Shown: positions 29,158 through 37,827 of the stretch, one piece after another | Layout: each line of letters opens with the position of its first letter | How positions within the stretch are numbered: position 1 is the first letter of the stretch | Source: an uncultured Clostridiaceae bacterium | GTDB taxonomy: Bacteria > Bacillota > Clostridia > TANB77 > CAG-508 | Direction of reading: 5' to 3' | NCBI GenBank assembly: GCA_905198755.1 | Contig: CAJKDR010000001.1 | Coordinates: 1 to 45,061, forward strand | DNA length: 45,061 nucleotides | Notes under the pieces: model-generated | Seen by the model: the letters and a program-made list of their open reading frames with translations, nothing else | Databases searched by the model: none | What the model was told of the DNA's origin: nothing | Made by a program: the position numbers and the translations under genes

Positions 29158-30114
29158 TTATGTTAGTGCTGGTCCTGCTATGAATTCTCCTGTTCCTTGA
29201 TTATAAAATGTTTGACCTGATACGGTATCGTACATACATGGTCTGTTATTTGAATCTAGGCAAGGAATAAAATTTCCAATTAATATATCGCTATTATAGA
29301 CTTTTGTTTCATATAACCTATTATAACTGGCATTATTCAGCTCTGAATTCACACAATCTCCTCTTGTCAATAATTTAAGAGTTGTTAAATTTGCACTAGA
29401 TGGAGTATATACCCAATTAATTTTTTCATCGTCCACTGTCACAGACCATTGATTTGTGATTCTTTCAATTTCAAAATCGTGTTTTTCATTCATTGTATAA
29501 ATAGTTGGCATTATATGGTGCTCGTTAGCCCATAAACGTGTTGTATTATCGTTGCGTACAAAAAAGTTCCACCAACCATTAGTTGTATTGTATATAGATA
29601 CAATTGGTTGCTCCCAAAGGCCTTTCCCATTAGTTTGTGAATAGGCTCCAACGATTTTAAAATTGTTTCCTAAAGCAAGCTTTGTGTCTACATAACAAAA
29701 ACCTGTGTTTTCTAAGTATTCGCATCTTGTATAACCTTGTGATAGGATTGCATCTTTTGAAAATATTATTTCTTTTGATCCTATTGTTACATTTCCTGTT
29801 TGCATTATTGTGTTTTTTTCTTCTTCTGTTATTAGTTTTTGTTCTTGTAATTTGTCTATTAATTCATTTATTGATGGTTCTGTTTCGTTGTTTTGTTTTG
29901 CTATTTCTTGTTCATTTTTTAATAAGTCTATCTGTTCTTGTATTGCTGATGCTCTATGTTCTTCTTTTGCTAATTTTGTTTTTTCTATTAGCCCTGAGTT
30001 TTTCATTATGTTTATGCTTACTACTGCTAGCAATAATAATACAATTATTGTTATTACTAATGCTACTAGGGTTATTCCGTTTTGTTTTTTTACTGATTTC
30101 ACATTTTTCTTCAT
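29158..30114 (-). CDS. Pseudopilin-like / N-terminally anchored protein with a beta-rich C-terminal domain
   Basis: 318 aa. N-terminus KKQNG-ITLVALVITIIVLLLLAVVS resembles a prepilin class III signal but lacks Glu+5. A coiled segment follows, then a domain of about 190 aa rich in W/Y/N/T. Confidence 0.6.
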   Translation of the reverse strand: MKKNVKSVKKQNGITLVALVITIIVLLLLAVVSINIMKNSGLIEKTKLAKEEHRASAIQEQIDLLKNEQEIAKQNNETEPSINELIDKLQEQKLITEEEKNTIMQTGNVTIGSKEIIFSKDAILSQGYTRCEYLENTGFCYVDTKLALGNNFKIVGAYSQTNGKGLWEQPIVSIYNTTNGWWNFFVRNDNTTRLWANEHHIMPTIYTMNEKHDFEIERITNQWSVTVDDEKINWVYTPSSANLTTLKLLTRGDCVNSELNNASYNRLYETKVYNSDILIGNFIPCLDSNNRPCMYDTVSGQTFYNQGTGEFIAGPALT

Positions 30115-30190
30115 TCTTTTGTTTTCTCCTATTTTTTGTTCATATATTTATTGTTATATTTTATTTTCTTCTTTATACTTATTATTTGTT

Positions 30191-30264
30191 TTTGACGTTT
30201 TTTCGCTAATTTATTATAACTTATTTTTAATTTTTAGTCTATGTATTTGACGTTTTTTCGTTAA
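30191..30264. repeat. Pair of 19-nt direct repeats
   Basis: TTTGACGTTTTTTCG(C/T)TAA at 30191-30209 and 30246-30264, 18/19 identical, spaced 55 bp start to start. Confidence 0.75.
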
Positions 30265-30366
30265 CTTTCTTTCTTTTTATTTGCTATACTTTTTATATAT
30301 TATAAAATGAGTAAGTTATGGAACTTTCATTAGCAGTAAAGAAACGAATTTTTAAGTTATAGAGTA

Positions 30367-30393
30367 AAAGGCAGGAATTAATCACCTGCCTTT
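30367..30393. terminator. Bidirectional terminator-like hairpin
   Basis: AAAGGCAGG-AATTAATCA-CCTGCCTTT, with TTTATTTT on the plus side and TTACTCT on the minus side. It abuts the stop of the 30394-30795 gene. Confidence 0.7.
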
Positions 30394-30795
30394 TTATTTT
30401 AATCTTCTATTACAACAACCACAACTATTTCCTGTTATCAATGTTGATATTAAGTCTGTTAGATTATTTATATTATCTTCAAGAATTTCTATATTATCAT
30501 TCAATCCTTGGATAGATTCTTGTAATGTTTCTTCCTCATCATTATTACATATATTAATTCGTTTTATTATACAACAAAATAATCTTGTTAAAACAGCCGT
30601 TACAAATGCTAGTAATGTATACACAATAGCATATAACAAGAAATTAGTAATACTTGCAAATACTGTATATGCTACAATTAGATATATTGCAAAAGTTAGA
30701 ATAGCTACTAAAATTGGAGAATGCAATACCTTTTGAAGTACAATGGCTATTAATATAGTTGCAATTGGAAGTATTACAAAAAGCAAAATATTCAT
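30394..30795 (-). CDS. Small Cys-rich membrane protein (133 aa)
   Basis: Three N-terminal TM helices, then CCIIKRINIC, an acidic coiled segment, and a C-terminal GNSCGCCNRRLK. SD AAGGAG. Confidence 0.55.
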   Translation of the reverse strand: MNILLFVILPIATILIAIVLQKVLHSPILVAILTFAIYLIVAYTVFASITNFLLYAIVYTLLAFVTAVLTRLFCCIIKRINICNNDEEETLQESIQGLNDNIEILEDNINNLTDLISTLITGNSCGCCNRRLK

Positions 30796-30879
30796 AAGTA
30801 TCTCTCCTTTATTATGTTATTTATATATATTATGAATATTTTCTTTTTTTGGTGTATTAAAATTATATAGAATATAATC

Positions 30880-30917
30880 AAAAAACAGGACAAACATTTT
30901 AGTTTGTCCTGTTTTTT
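30880..30917 (-). terminator. Terminator of the ribosomal-protein/alpha operon
   Basis: CAGGACAAAC-ATTTTA-GTTTGTCCTG with flanking A and T runs, downstream of rplQ. Confidence 0.9.
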
Positions 30918-30926
30918 GATATATTA

Positions 30927-31436
30927 TTAAACTAATTCTAATATAACTACTTCTGCTGCGTCTCCTCTTCTTGGTCCTTTTTTGATTATTCTTGTGTATC
31001 CACCAACTCTGTCAGCATATTTTGTAGCTAATTCTCCGAATAATTTTCCTGGTAAGTCTACTCCATCAACTTTGTTTATTTTTGTCATTATTTTTCTTCT
31101 TGCATTTAATCTTGATGGCATATCTTTTTGTCTTTTTTCTGTAGTTTCTTCTTTTACTACTTTTAGATATTCTTTACCATTTTTGCTTGTTGCTTTTTCA
31201 GTAACTTTGTTACCTTTGCTATCTAATTTAGCTTTTACAACTTTCATATCTACTGTTTCAAAATTATCTTTTTCTTTTACTGCTAATGCTATTATGCTAT
31301 CTGCTATTGCTTTTACTTCTTTTGCTCTAGCTTCTGTTGTTTCAATTTTACCATGTAAAATTAAATCTGTTGTTAGACATTTTAACATTGCTTTTCTTTG
31401 ATCAGTAGGTCTACCTAATTTTCTATTTATAGCCAT
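30927..31436 (-). CDS. rplQ: 50S ribosomal protein L17 (long form, 169 aa)
   Basis: N-terminus [14 protein letters not shown] and C-terminus [26 protein letters not shown] Lys/Glu-rich internal insert of about 55 aa. Confidence 0.92.
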   Translation of the reverse strand: MAINRKLGRPTDQRKAMLKCLTTDLILHGKIETTEARAKEVKAIADSIIALAVKEKDNFETVDMKVVKAKLDSKGNKVTEKATSKNGKEYLKVVKEETTEKRQKDMPSRLNARRKIMTKINKVDGVDLPGKLFGELATKYADRVGGYTRIIKKGPRRGDAAEVVILELV

Positions 31437-31469
31437 TTATATTTTCTCCTCTCTTAATTTTTTTTTTTT

Positions 31470-31489
31470 GAATGACGAGGTCGTCGTTC
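31470..31489. repeat. Degenerate relative of the GC-rich hairpin repeat
   Basis: GAATGACG-AGGT-CGTCGTTC followed by CCTAC. The flank and stem layout resemble GGGCGGAC-AGAGTC-GTCCGCCC-CTAC at 17683. Confidence 0.45.
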
Positions 31490-31526
31490 CCTACGATTAT
31501 TTATAATTTAAATTCTAAAACGTATC

Positions 31527-31640
31527 AAAAACGAGTAGTACTAGGCGTTTAGAACTCAAAAAGCGGAGGCGTACGTTGGTACGTTGAGCATTTTTGATGT
31601 TTTAAACAACAACGTAATACGAAGTTTTTCATTCGTTTTT
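31527..31640 (-). repeat. Intergenic structured repeat element, copy A (minus orientation)
   Basis: It starts at the rpoA stop codon. The core AATGAAAA...TACTCGTTTTT is 107 nt. End pairing is AAAAACG/CGTTTTT. It shares blocks with 40371-40490 and, in inverted orientation, with 39186-39292. Confidence 0.7.
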
Positions 31641-32583
31641 ATTCTTCTTCAGCAAAATCCAATCCCAATGAATGTAACTTATTAGTAACTTCATCAAATG
31701 ATTTTTTACCTAAATTTCTAACTTTTAGCATTTCTGCTTCTGTTTTATTTGCTAAGTCTTCAACTGTTGATATTCCTGCTCTTTTTAAACAGTTAAATGA
31801 TCTTACTGATAATTCTAGATCTTCTATTGACATTTCTAGAACTTTTTCTTTCATAGATTCTTCTTTTTCAACCATTACTTGTGTATGTTTAGTAGCTTCT
31901 GATAAATCTATAAATAAAGCTAAATGTTCTGTCATAACTTTAGCTGCTAAGCTTAATGCTTCATCAGCTTTTAGACTTCCATCTGTCCAAACTTCTATTA
32001 TTAATTTATCAAAATCTATCATTTGACCAACTCTAGTATTTTCTACTGTATAGTTAACTTTTTTTACTGGTGTGTATATAGAATCAATTGGAAGAACTGA
32101 TATATCTTGGTTTGGTTTTTTATTTTTTGCAGCTGTATTGTATCCTCTACCTTTATCAGCTGTCATTTCCATTACTAAACTTCCACCTTCTGCTACAGTT
32201 GCAATATGTAAATCTGGATTTAGTACTTCTACTGTTCCATCTGTTATTATATCACCTGCTGTAACTTCTCCTTCTCCCTTGAAGTTTATTTTTAATATTT
32301 TATCTTCATTATCATGTGATTTTAATCTTACACTTTTTAAATTAACTATTATTTCTGGTACATCTTCTACAACATTTGGTATTGTTGAAAATTCATGTAC
32401 AACTCCATCTATTTTTACACCTGTAATTGCACATCCTGGAAGTGATGAAAGTAAAATTCTTCTTAAAGAATTTCCTAATGTTACACCATATCCTCTTTCT
32501 AATGGTTCACATACAAATTTTGCATAGTTGTTTTCTTCGTTAATTTCTAAACATTCAATATTTGGCTTTTCGAATTCTATCAT
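31639..32583 (-). CDS. rpoA: DNA-directed RNA polymerase subunit alpha
   Basis: 314 aa. N-terminal MIEFEKP...[20 protein letters not shown] and C-terminal-domain motif [12 protein letters not shown]. Confidence 0.95.
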   Translation of the reverse strand: MIEFEKPNIECLEINEENNYAKFVCEPLERGYGVTLGNSLRRILLSSLPGCAITGVKIDGVVHEFSTIPNVVEDVPEIIVNLKSVRLKSHDNEDKILKINFKGEGEVTAGDIITDGTVEVLNPDLHIATVAEGGSLVMEMTADKGRGYNTAAKNKKPNQDISVLPIDSIYTPVKKVNYTVENTRVGQMIDFDKLIIEVWTDGSLKADEALSLAAKVMTEHLALFIDLSEATKHTQVMVEKEESMKEKVLEMSIEDLELSVRSFNCLKRAGISTVEDLANKTEAEMLKVRNLGKKSFDEVTNKLHSLGLDFAEEE

Positions 32584-32696
32584 TTTTACCTCCTAAAATT
32601 TAGAAGTTAGATGCTATATTTTTATAGCATTATTTACTTCTATAAAACTTATTAAATTTATATATTTCTCTAAGCTCTTTTTTAATTTACTAACTC

Positions 32697-33323
32697 CTAT
32701 TTTGAGTAAAGCTCTACTATTAAATGCTCTTCTACTGCTAAATCAACATCTTCTCTTGATGCTAATCTAATTACTTTACCACTTAGGTTCTCAGCATCTT
32801 TTTCTAACCAAGCTGGAACTGGTTTTGCAGAATTTGCTTCTACATTTTCTTTTATTATTGCTGTATCTTTCTTTATTTCTCTAACAGAAATAACATCTCC
32901 AGGTTTTACTAGGTAAGAAGCTATATCAACTTTTTTACCATTAACATCAAAATGTCCATGATTTACTAATTGTCTAGCTTGTGCTCTTGAACTACCAAAT
33001 CCTAATCTATATACAACATTATCTAATCTACTTTCTAATATTTGTAATAAGTTATCACCAGTGATACCTTTTTTATTAGAAGCCATTTCAAAATATTTTC
33101 TAAATTGTTTTTCTCCAACTCCATAGAATGCTTTAGTTTTTTGTTTTTCTCTTAACTGTGTTCCGTATTCAGAAAGTTTAGCTCTTTTTTGTCCATGTTC
33201 TCCTGGTGCATAGTTTCTTCTTGAAACACTACATTTATCTGAATAACATCTTGCACCTTTTAGGAATAACTTTTGTCCTTCTCTACGGCAAATACGGCAT
33301 TGTTCATCTTTATATCTTGCCAT
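32697..33323 (-). CDS. rpsD: 30S ribosomal protein S4
   Basis: 208 aa. MARY...CRICRREG zinc-type N-terminus and an S4 RNA-binding domain. Confidence 0.95.
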   Translation of the reverse strand: MARYKDEQCRICRREGQKLFLKGARCYSDKCSVSRRNYAPGEHGQKRAKLSEYGTQLREKQKTKAFYGVGEKQFRKYFEMASNKKGITGDNLLQILESRLDNVVYRLGFGSSRAQARQLVNHGHFDVNGKKVDIASYLVKPGDVISVREIKKDTAIIKENVEANSAKPVPAWLEKDAENLSGKVIRLASREDVDLAVEEHLIVELYSK

Positions 33324-33386
33324 TTCGTATTTCCTCCTTTTCTTTCTACATAGTGAATGTTTCTATTCACTCTCATCATTTATTTT

Positions 33387-33782
33387 CTATACTCTTCTTC
33401 TTTTTGGTGGTCTACAACCATTGTGAGGTATTGGTGTTACGTCTTTAATTGCGCTTATTTCCAAACCTGCTGTTTGAAGTGATCTTATTGCAGCTTCTCT
33501 TCCTGAACCAGGTCCTTTAACGAAAACCTCAACTGTTTTTAATCCATGTTCCATTGCAGCTTTAGCAGCTGTTTCAGCAGCTTCTCCTGCAGCAAAAGGT
33601 GTACTTTTTCTAGAACCTTTGAATCCTAATTCTCCAGCACTTGCCCAAGATATTACGTTACCAGCAACATCTGTAATTGAAACTATAGTGTTGTTGAAAC
33701 TTGAATGAATATGAGCTGCACCTTTTTCTATATTTTTTCTATTTCTTCTAGGTGTTTTTCTTGTTACAGTTTTGTTTGCCAT
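33387..33782 (-). CDS. rpsK: 30S ribosomal protein S11
   Basis: 131 aa. [18 protein letters not shown] and C-terminal [15 protein letters not shown]. Confidence 0.95.
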   Translation of the reverse strand: MANKTVTRKTPRRNRKNIEKGAAHIHSSFNNTIVSITDVAGNVISWASAGELGFKGSRKSTPFAAGEAAETAAKAAMEHGLKTVEVFVKGPGSGREAAIRSLQTAGLEISAIKDVTPIPHNGCRPPKRRRV

Positions 33783-33833
33783 GTGGTTTTACCCTCCTTT
33801 AAAATCTTTATTTTAAAATCATCTTATTTGTTT

Positions 33834-34205
33834 TTATTTTTTGCTTCTACTAACAAGCTTTCTAGGACCTTTTCTTGTACGAGCATTAGTTTTTGTTCTT
33901 TGTCCTCTTACAGGTAGTCCTCTTCTATGTCTTAATCCTCTATAACATCCGATTTCTGTTAATCTTTTAATGTTAAGAGCAACTTCTCTTCTTAAGTCAC
34001 CTTCTAGTTTGTATTCGTCTTCATCTAGAACTTTTCTTATAGCATTTACTTGATCGTCTGTTAAATCTTTAACTCTAGTATCTGGATTAACTCCTGCTTT
34101 AGCTAGAATTTTGTTAGAACTTGATACACCTATTCCATAGATATATGTTAGTCCTATTTCTACTCTTTTTTCTCTAGGTAAATCTACTCCTGCTATACGA
34201 GCCAT
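33834..34205 (-). CDS. rpsM: 30S ribosomal protein S13
   Basis: 123 aa. [26 protein letters not shown]. Confidence 0.95.
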   Translation of the reverse strand: MARIAGVDLPREKRVEIGLTYIYGIGVSSSNKILAKAGVNPDTRVKDLTDDQVNAIRKVLDEDEYKLEGDLRREVALNIKRLTEIGCYRGLRHRRGLPVRGQRTKTNARTRKGPRKLVSRSKK

Positions 34206-34339
34206 AAATTAGCACCTCCAAATTTTATTTTTATTTCTTGCATTTACTTATGAGATTTGTTTTGCTTGGTTTAAATTGAAATGTATTTATTCTAGGATTG
34301 TATTTTAGAATAAATAGTTTTAAACTTTACTAAACAATA

Positions 34340-34402
34340 TATAAAAACACAAACCTGATATAGAAACTAAATAGTTTCACAGCCGCTACCTAATTTGTGT
34401 TA
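34340..34402 (-). terminator. Terminator-like long hairpin between rpmJ and rpsM
   Basis: Outer stem AACACAAA/TTTGTGTT (34346-34353 / 34394-34401) encloses the inner hairpin GAAACT-ATTT-AGTTTC. TTTTTAT follows on the minus strand. Confidence 0.5.
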
Positions 34403-34429
34403 TTATCAATTTTTTTGTGGTTAATCTAA

Positions 34430-34543
34430 TTAACCTTGTCTTTGTTTGTGTTTAGGGTTTTCACATATAACTCTAATTACACCTTTTCTTTTGATTACTT
34501 TGCATTTGTCGCATATTTTCTTAACTGATGGTCTTACTTTCAT
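34430..34543 (-). CDS. rpmJ: 50S ribosomal protein L36
   Basis: Not in the ORF track (37 aa). My manual translation gives [45 protein letters not shown] upstream. Confidence 0.92.
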   Translation of the reverse strand: MKVRPSVKKICDKCKVIKRKGVIRVICENPKHKQRQG

Positions 34544-34595
34544 TTTCTTCACCTCTTCTTTTACTGTATCTATATATTAAAATTAAAAACAATAT

Positions 34596-34814
34596 TTATT
34601 TAGCTCTCCAAGTGATACGTCCGCGACTTAGATCATATGGAGAAAGCTCAACTCTAACTTTATCACCAGGTAATATTTTTATGTAATTCATTCTTAATTT
34701 TCCTGATATATGAGCTAATATTTGATGCCCATTTTCTAATTCAACTTTAAAGTTAGTATTTGGTAAAGTTTCAACAACTGTACCTTCAACTTCTATAACA
34801 TCTTCTTTTGCCAA
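34596..34814 (-). CDS. infA: Translation initiation factor IF-1
   Basis: 72 aa from a TTG start preceded by GGAGGG ([23 protein letters not shown]...). The longer track ORF (to 34859) includes the SD and is not supported. Confidence 0.9.
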   Translation of the reverse strand: MAKEDVIEVEGTVVETLPNTNFKVELENGHQILAHISGKLRMNYIKILPGDKVRVELSPYDLSRGRITWRAK

Positions 34815-34892
34815 TGTTATCCCTCCTATTTTAATACTATAAACGACAAAATTGCGCAATAGTACAATTAACTCATATATTATACATGAATT

Positions 34893-35663
34893 CTATAACA
34901 ATGTCAATACTTCTGGCTCTTTTTCTGTAATTAAAATTGTGTTTTCATAGTGTGCTGAATTTGATCCATCTTCTGTTACTATTGTCCATCCATCATCTAA
35001 TTCTAATATTTCTGGTTTTCCAGCTATAACCATAGGTTCTATTGCAAGTGTCATACCAGGTTCTAGTCTTGGTCCTTTTCCTGCTTTTCCATAGTTTGGT
35101 ATTCCTGGATCTTCGTGCATACTTCTTCCTATTCCATGTCCTTGGAATTCTCTTAATACGCTAAAACCGTTTTTTTCTATGTATTCTCCTATTGCATGAG
35201 ATATATCTCCTATTCTGTTTCCTTTTTTAGCATATTTTATTCCCTCGAAAAAGGCTTGTTTTGTAACTTCTAATAATCTTTCATCTTCCTTTGATCCTTT
35301 TCCAACAATGTATGTTCTTGCAGCATCCCCATTAAAACCATCTTTGTATGCTACTAAATCGATGCTTATTACATCTCCTTCTTTTAACGCAACTCTACTT
35401 GATGGTATTCCATGTATAACTTCATCATTTACAGATGCACATATACTTGCTGGAAAATCTGGAATACTTTTGTCATATGATGGATAACCTTTTTCTGCTG
35501 GTATTCCACCATTTTCTCTAATTGTTCTTTCTGCTATTTGGTCTAATTCTAGTGTTGTTACTCCTGGTTTTATCGCTTCTGCAATTGCTTTATGTGCTAA
35601 CGCTGTTACTCTACATGCTTCTTTCATTAATTCAATTTCTCTTTTAGATTTTATATCTATCAT
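34893..35663 (-). CDS. map: Type I methionine aminopeptidase
   Basis: 256 aa. Metal-ligand pattern (DLVAYKDGFNGD, HGIG, EPM...) typical of MetAP. Confidence 0.93.
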   Translation of the reverse strand: MIDIKSKREIELMKEACRVTALAHKAIAEAIKPGVTTLELDQIAERTIRENGGIPAEKGYPSYDKSIPDFPASICASVNDEVIHGIPSSRVALKEGDVISIDLVAYKDGFNGDAARTYIVGKGSKEDERLLEVTKQAFFEGIKYAKKGNRIGDISHAIGEYIEKNGFSVLREFQGHGIGRSMHEDPGIPNYGKAGKGPRLEPGMTLAIEPMVIAGKPEILELDDGWTIVTEDGSNSAHYENTILITEKEPEVLTLL

Positions 35664-35676
35664 TACAATTACTTCC

Positions 35677-36345
35677 TTACTTATTTAGATATTTTTCGCA
35701 TATATCTTTTGCTACATCTTGACCTAATCTGTTTATTTTTTCACTTACTTCTTGTGTATCTAATACGCCTTTTTTATTATAATATTCAACTAATGGACTT
35801 GTTTTTTCATCATATATGTTTAATCTGTTTCTGATTGATTCTTCATTTGAATCATCTTCTCTTTGAACTAATTTTGCACCACATTTATCGCATATTCCTT
35901 CTACCTTTGGTGGGTGCATTGTTAAGTTATATGTTGCTTTACATTCTTGATTTGAACATACTCTTCTATTTAAAATTCTAGTAATAATTTCTTCTCTAGG
36001 TGTTGTTAAGTTGATTACTAAATCTACTTTTTTGTTTTCATTTGCTAATATTTCATCCAATTTTTCTGCTTGTGCCACTGTTCTTGGGAAACCGTCTAAA
36101 ATAGCTCCATTTTTAGCATCTTCTTCTGATAATCTTGAAATAACCATTGGTACTGTTATTTCATCTGGTACTAGGTTTCCAGCAGCAATATATTTGTTTG
36201 CTTCTACTCCTAATTCTGTTTTTTCTGATATATTTTTTCTGAATATATCTCCTGTTGAAATTTGAGGCCATCCTGTTTTTTCACTTAATATTCCTGCAAC
36301 AGTTCCTTTTCCTGTTCCTTGTGCTCCTAACATTATTATTACCAT
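35677..36345 (-). CDS. adk: Adenylate kinase (zinc-lid type)
   Basis: P-loop GAQGTGKGT and lid cysteines CSNQEC...CDKCG. Confidence 0.93.
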   Translation of the reverse strand: MVIIMLGAQGTGKGTVAGILSEKTGWPQISTGDIFRKNISEKTELGVEANKYIAAGNLVPDEITVPMVISRLSEEDAKNGAILDGFPRTVAQAEKLDEILANENKKVDLVINLTTPREEIITRILNRRVCSNQECKATYNLTMHPPKVEGICDKCGAKLVQREDDSNEESIRNRLNIYDEKTSPLVEYYNKKGVLDTQEVSEKINRLGQDVAKDICEKYLNK

Positions 36346-36460
36346 AACTATCTCTCCTTTTTTTTATAATTTCTATTAATGTTAAATTAATAGTAAATAA
36401 TGAATAACTAACAATTTTAATTTATTAATCATTCATTATTCATTATCAATAAAGCAACAT

Positions 36461-36491
36461 AGAGGCAGAGAATATGTATTCTCTGGCCTCT
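36461..36491 (-). other. Strong hairpin immediately after secY
   Basis: AGAGGCCAGAGAAT-ACAT-ATTCTCTGCCTCT on the minus strand with one bulged C and no clear T-tract. Confidence 0.6.
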
Positions 36492-36504
36492 TAATTTATT
36501 AATC

Positions 36505-37827
36505 TTAATCTAAGAATCCTTTATAGTGTCTCATTACTAATAATGATTCTAGTTGTTGTACAGTTTCTAGTGCAACACCTACTACGATTAGTATAGTAGT
36601 TCCTCCAAATGTAAAGTTTAGACTTGTAAATCTTAATAACATTGGAAGTATTGCTATAAGTGCTAAGAATATACCACCAAACCAGATTAATTTGCTCATT
36701 ATTGATGATAAATAATCTGTTGTTGGTTTTCCTGCTCTTATTCCAGGAATAAATCCACCATTCTTTTTGATATTGCTTGATACTTCTGCAGGATTAAATG
36801 TTGCATAAGTATAGAAGAATGTGAATCCTACTATTAATAGTAAGTACACTATAGCATTTGCAATAGAATATCCAACTGGAACAGCAGATGATGAAGTTGC
36901 TAAAGAAAACTTATAAACTCCTGCCCAGAATCCTGTTGCTGTAGCTATGTTATTATTAAACATTGGTATAATCATAGCTGGGAATGTCATAAATGATGAT
37001 GCAAATATTACTGGCATAACTCCTGCCATAACCAATTTGATTGGTATATGTGTATTTTGTCCACCATACATTTTTCTTCCTACAACTTTTTTTGCATATT
37101 GTACTGGAACTCTTCTTTCTGCTTCAGTAACAAATACAACTCCAGCAACAATTAATATTGCTCCTATTATTATACCTAATACCATTAATAGTCCTGTTGT
37201 TGAGAAACCTGCTGAAGTAAATATTAATTTGTATAATGATACTACTCCACTAGGTAACCCTGCTATTATTCCTATAAAGATTATCATAGAAATACCATTT
37301 CCAACACCTTTTGCAGTTATTTGCTCTCCTAACCACATAAGTAGTGCTGTACCAGCAACTAATGACAAAACTACTAAAAATCCTGTCATAAAAGTTGTAT
37401 CTACGAATATTCCTGATGATCTATAAGATAGATATATACCTAATCCTTCTACTATTGCAAGTATTATTGTAAGGATTTTTGTATATGTATTCATTTTAGC
37501 TTTTCCTTCTTCTCCACCTTCTTTTGCTAATCTTTCTAAAGAAGGTATTACCATAGCTAATAATTGAATAACGATTGAAGCTGTAATATATGGATTAATA
37601 CTCATAGCAAATAATGAAAATCTAGAGAATGCTCCACCAGAAATAATATCTATCAAGCTACTAATTCCATTTGTAGATGATGACATTATTTCATTTAAAG
37701 TTAATGAATTAACTCCTGGTATTGTAATAAAACATCCAAATCTAAATATTACTATAAGTAATAATGTATATAATAATTTTTTTCTAACATCTGGTGTCTT
37801 TAAAGCATTTTTAATAGTTTTAAACAA
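36505..37827 (-). CDS. secY: Preprotein translocase subunit SecY
   Basis: 440 aa with 10 TM helices. Conserved position between rplO and adk. Confidence 0.95.
   Translation of the reverse strand: MFKTIKNALKTPDVRKKLLYTLLLIVIFRFGCFITIPGVNSLTLNEIMSSSTNGISSLIDIISGGAFSRFSLFAMSINPYITASIVIQLLAMVIPSLERLAKEGGEEGKAKMNTYTKILTIILAIVEGLGIYLSYRSSGIFVDTTFMTGFLVVLSLVAGTALLMWLGEQITAKGVGNGISMIIFIGIIAGLPSGVVSLYKLIFTSAGFSTTGLLMVLGIIIGAILIVAGVVFVTEAERRVPVQYAKKVVGRKMYGGQNTHIPIKLVMAGVMPVIFASSFMTFPAMIIPMFNNNIATATGFWAGVYKFSLATSSSAVPVGYSIANAIVYLLLIVGFTFFYTYATFNPAEVSSNIKKNGGFIPGIRAGKPTTDYLSSIMSKLIWFGGIFLALIAILPMLLRFTSLNFTFGGTTILIVVGVALETVQQLESLLVMRHYKGFLD

Noticed and set aside
31527-31640. Small peptides encoded within the repeat elements: MKNFVLRCCLKHQ... 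in copy A, MKSSILRC in copy B and MKSFVLLCQ... in copy C.
   Set aside because: None of the ATGs is preceded by an SD. The ORFs terminate at different points (27, 8 and 18 codons). One copy is antisense to the operon. The similarity is better explained at the nucleotide level.
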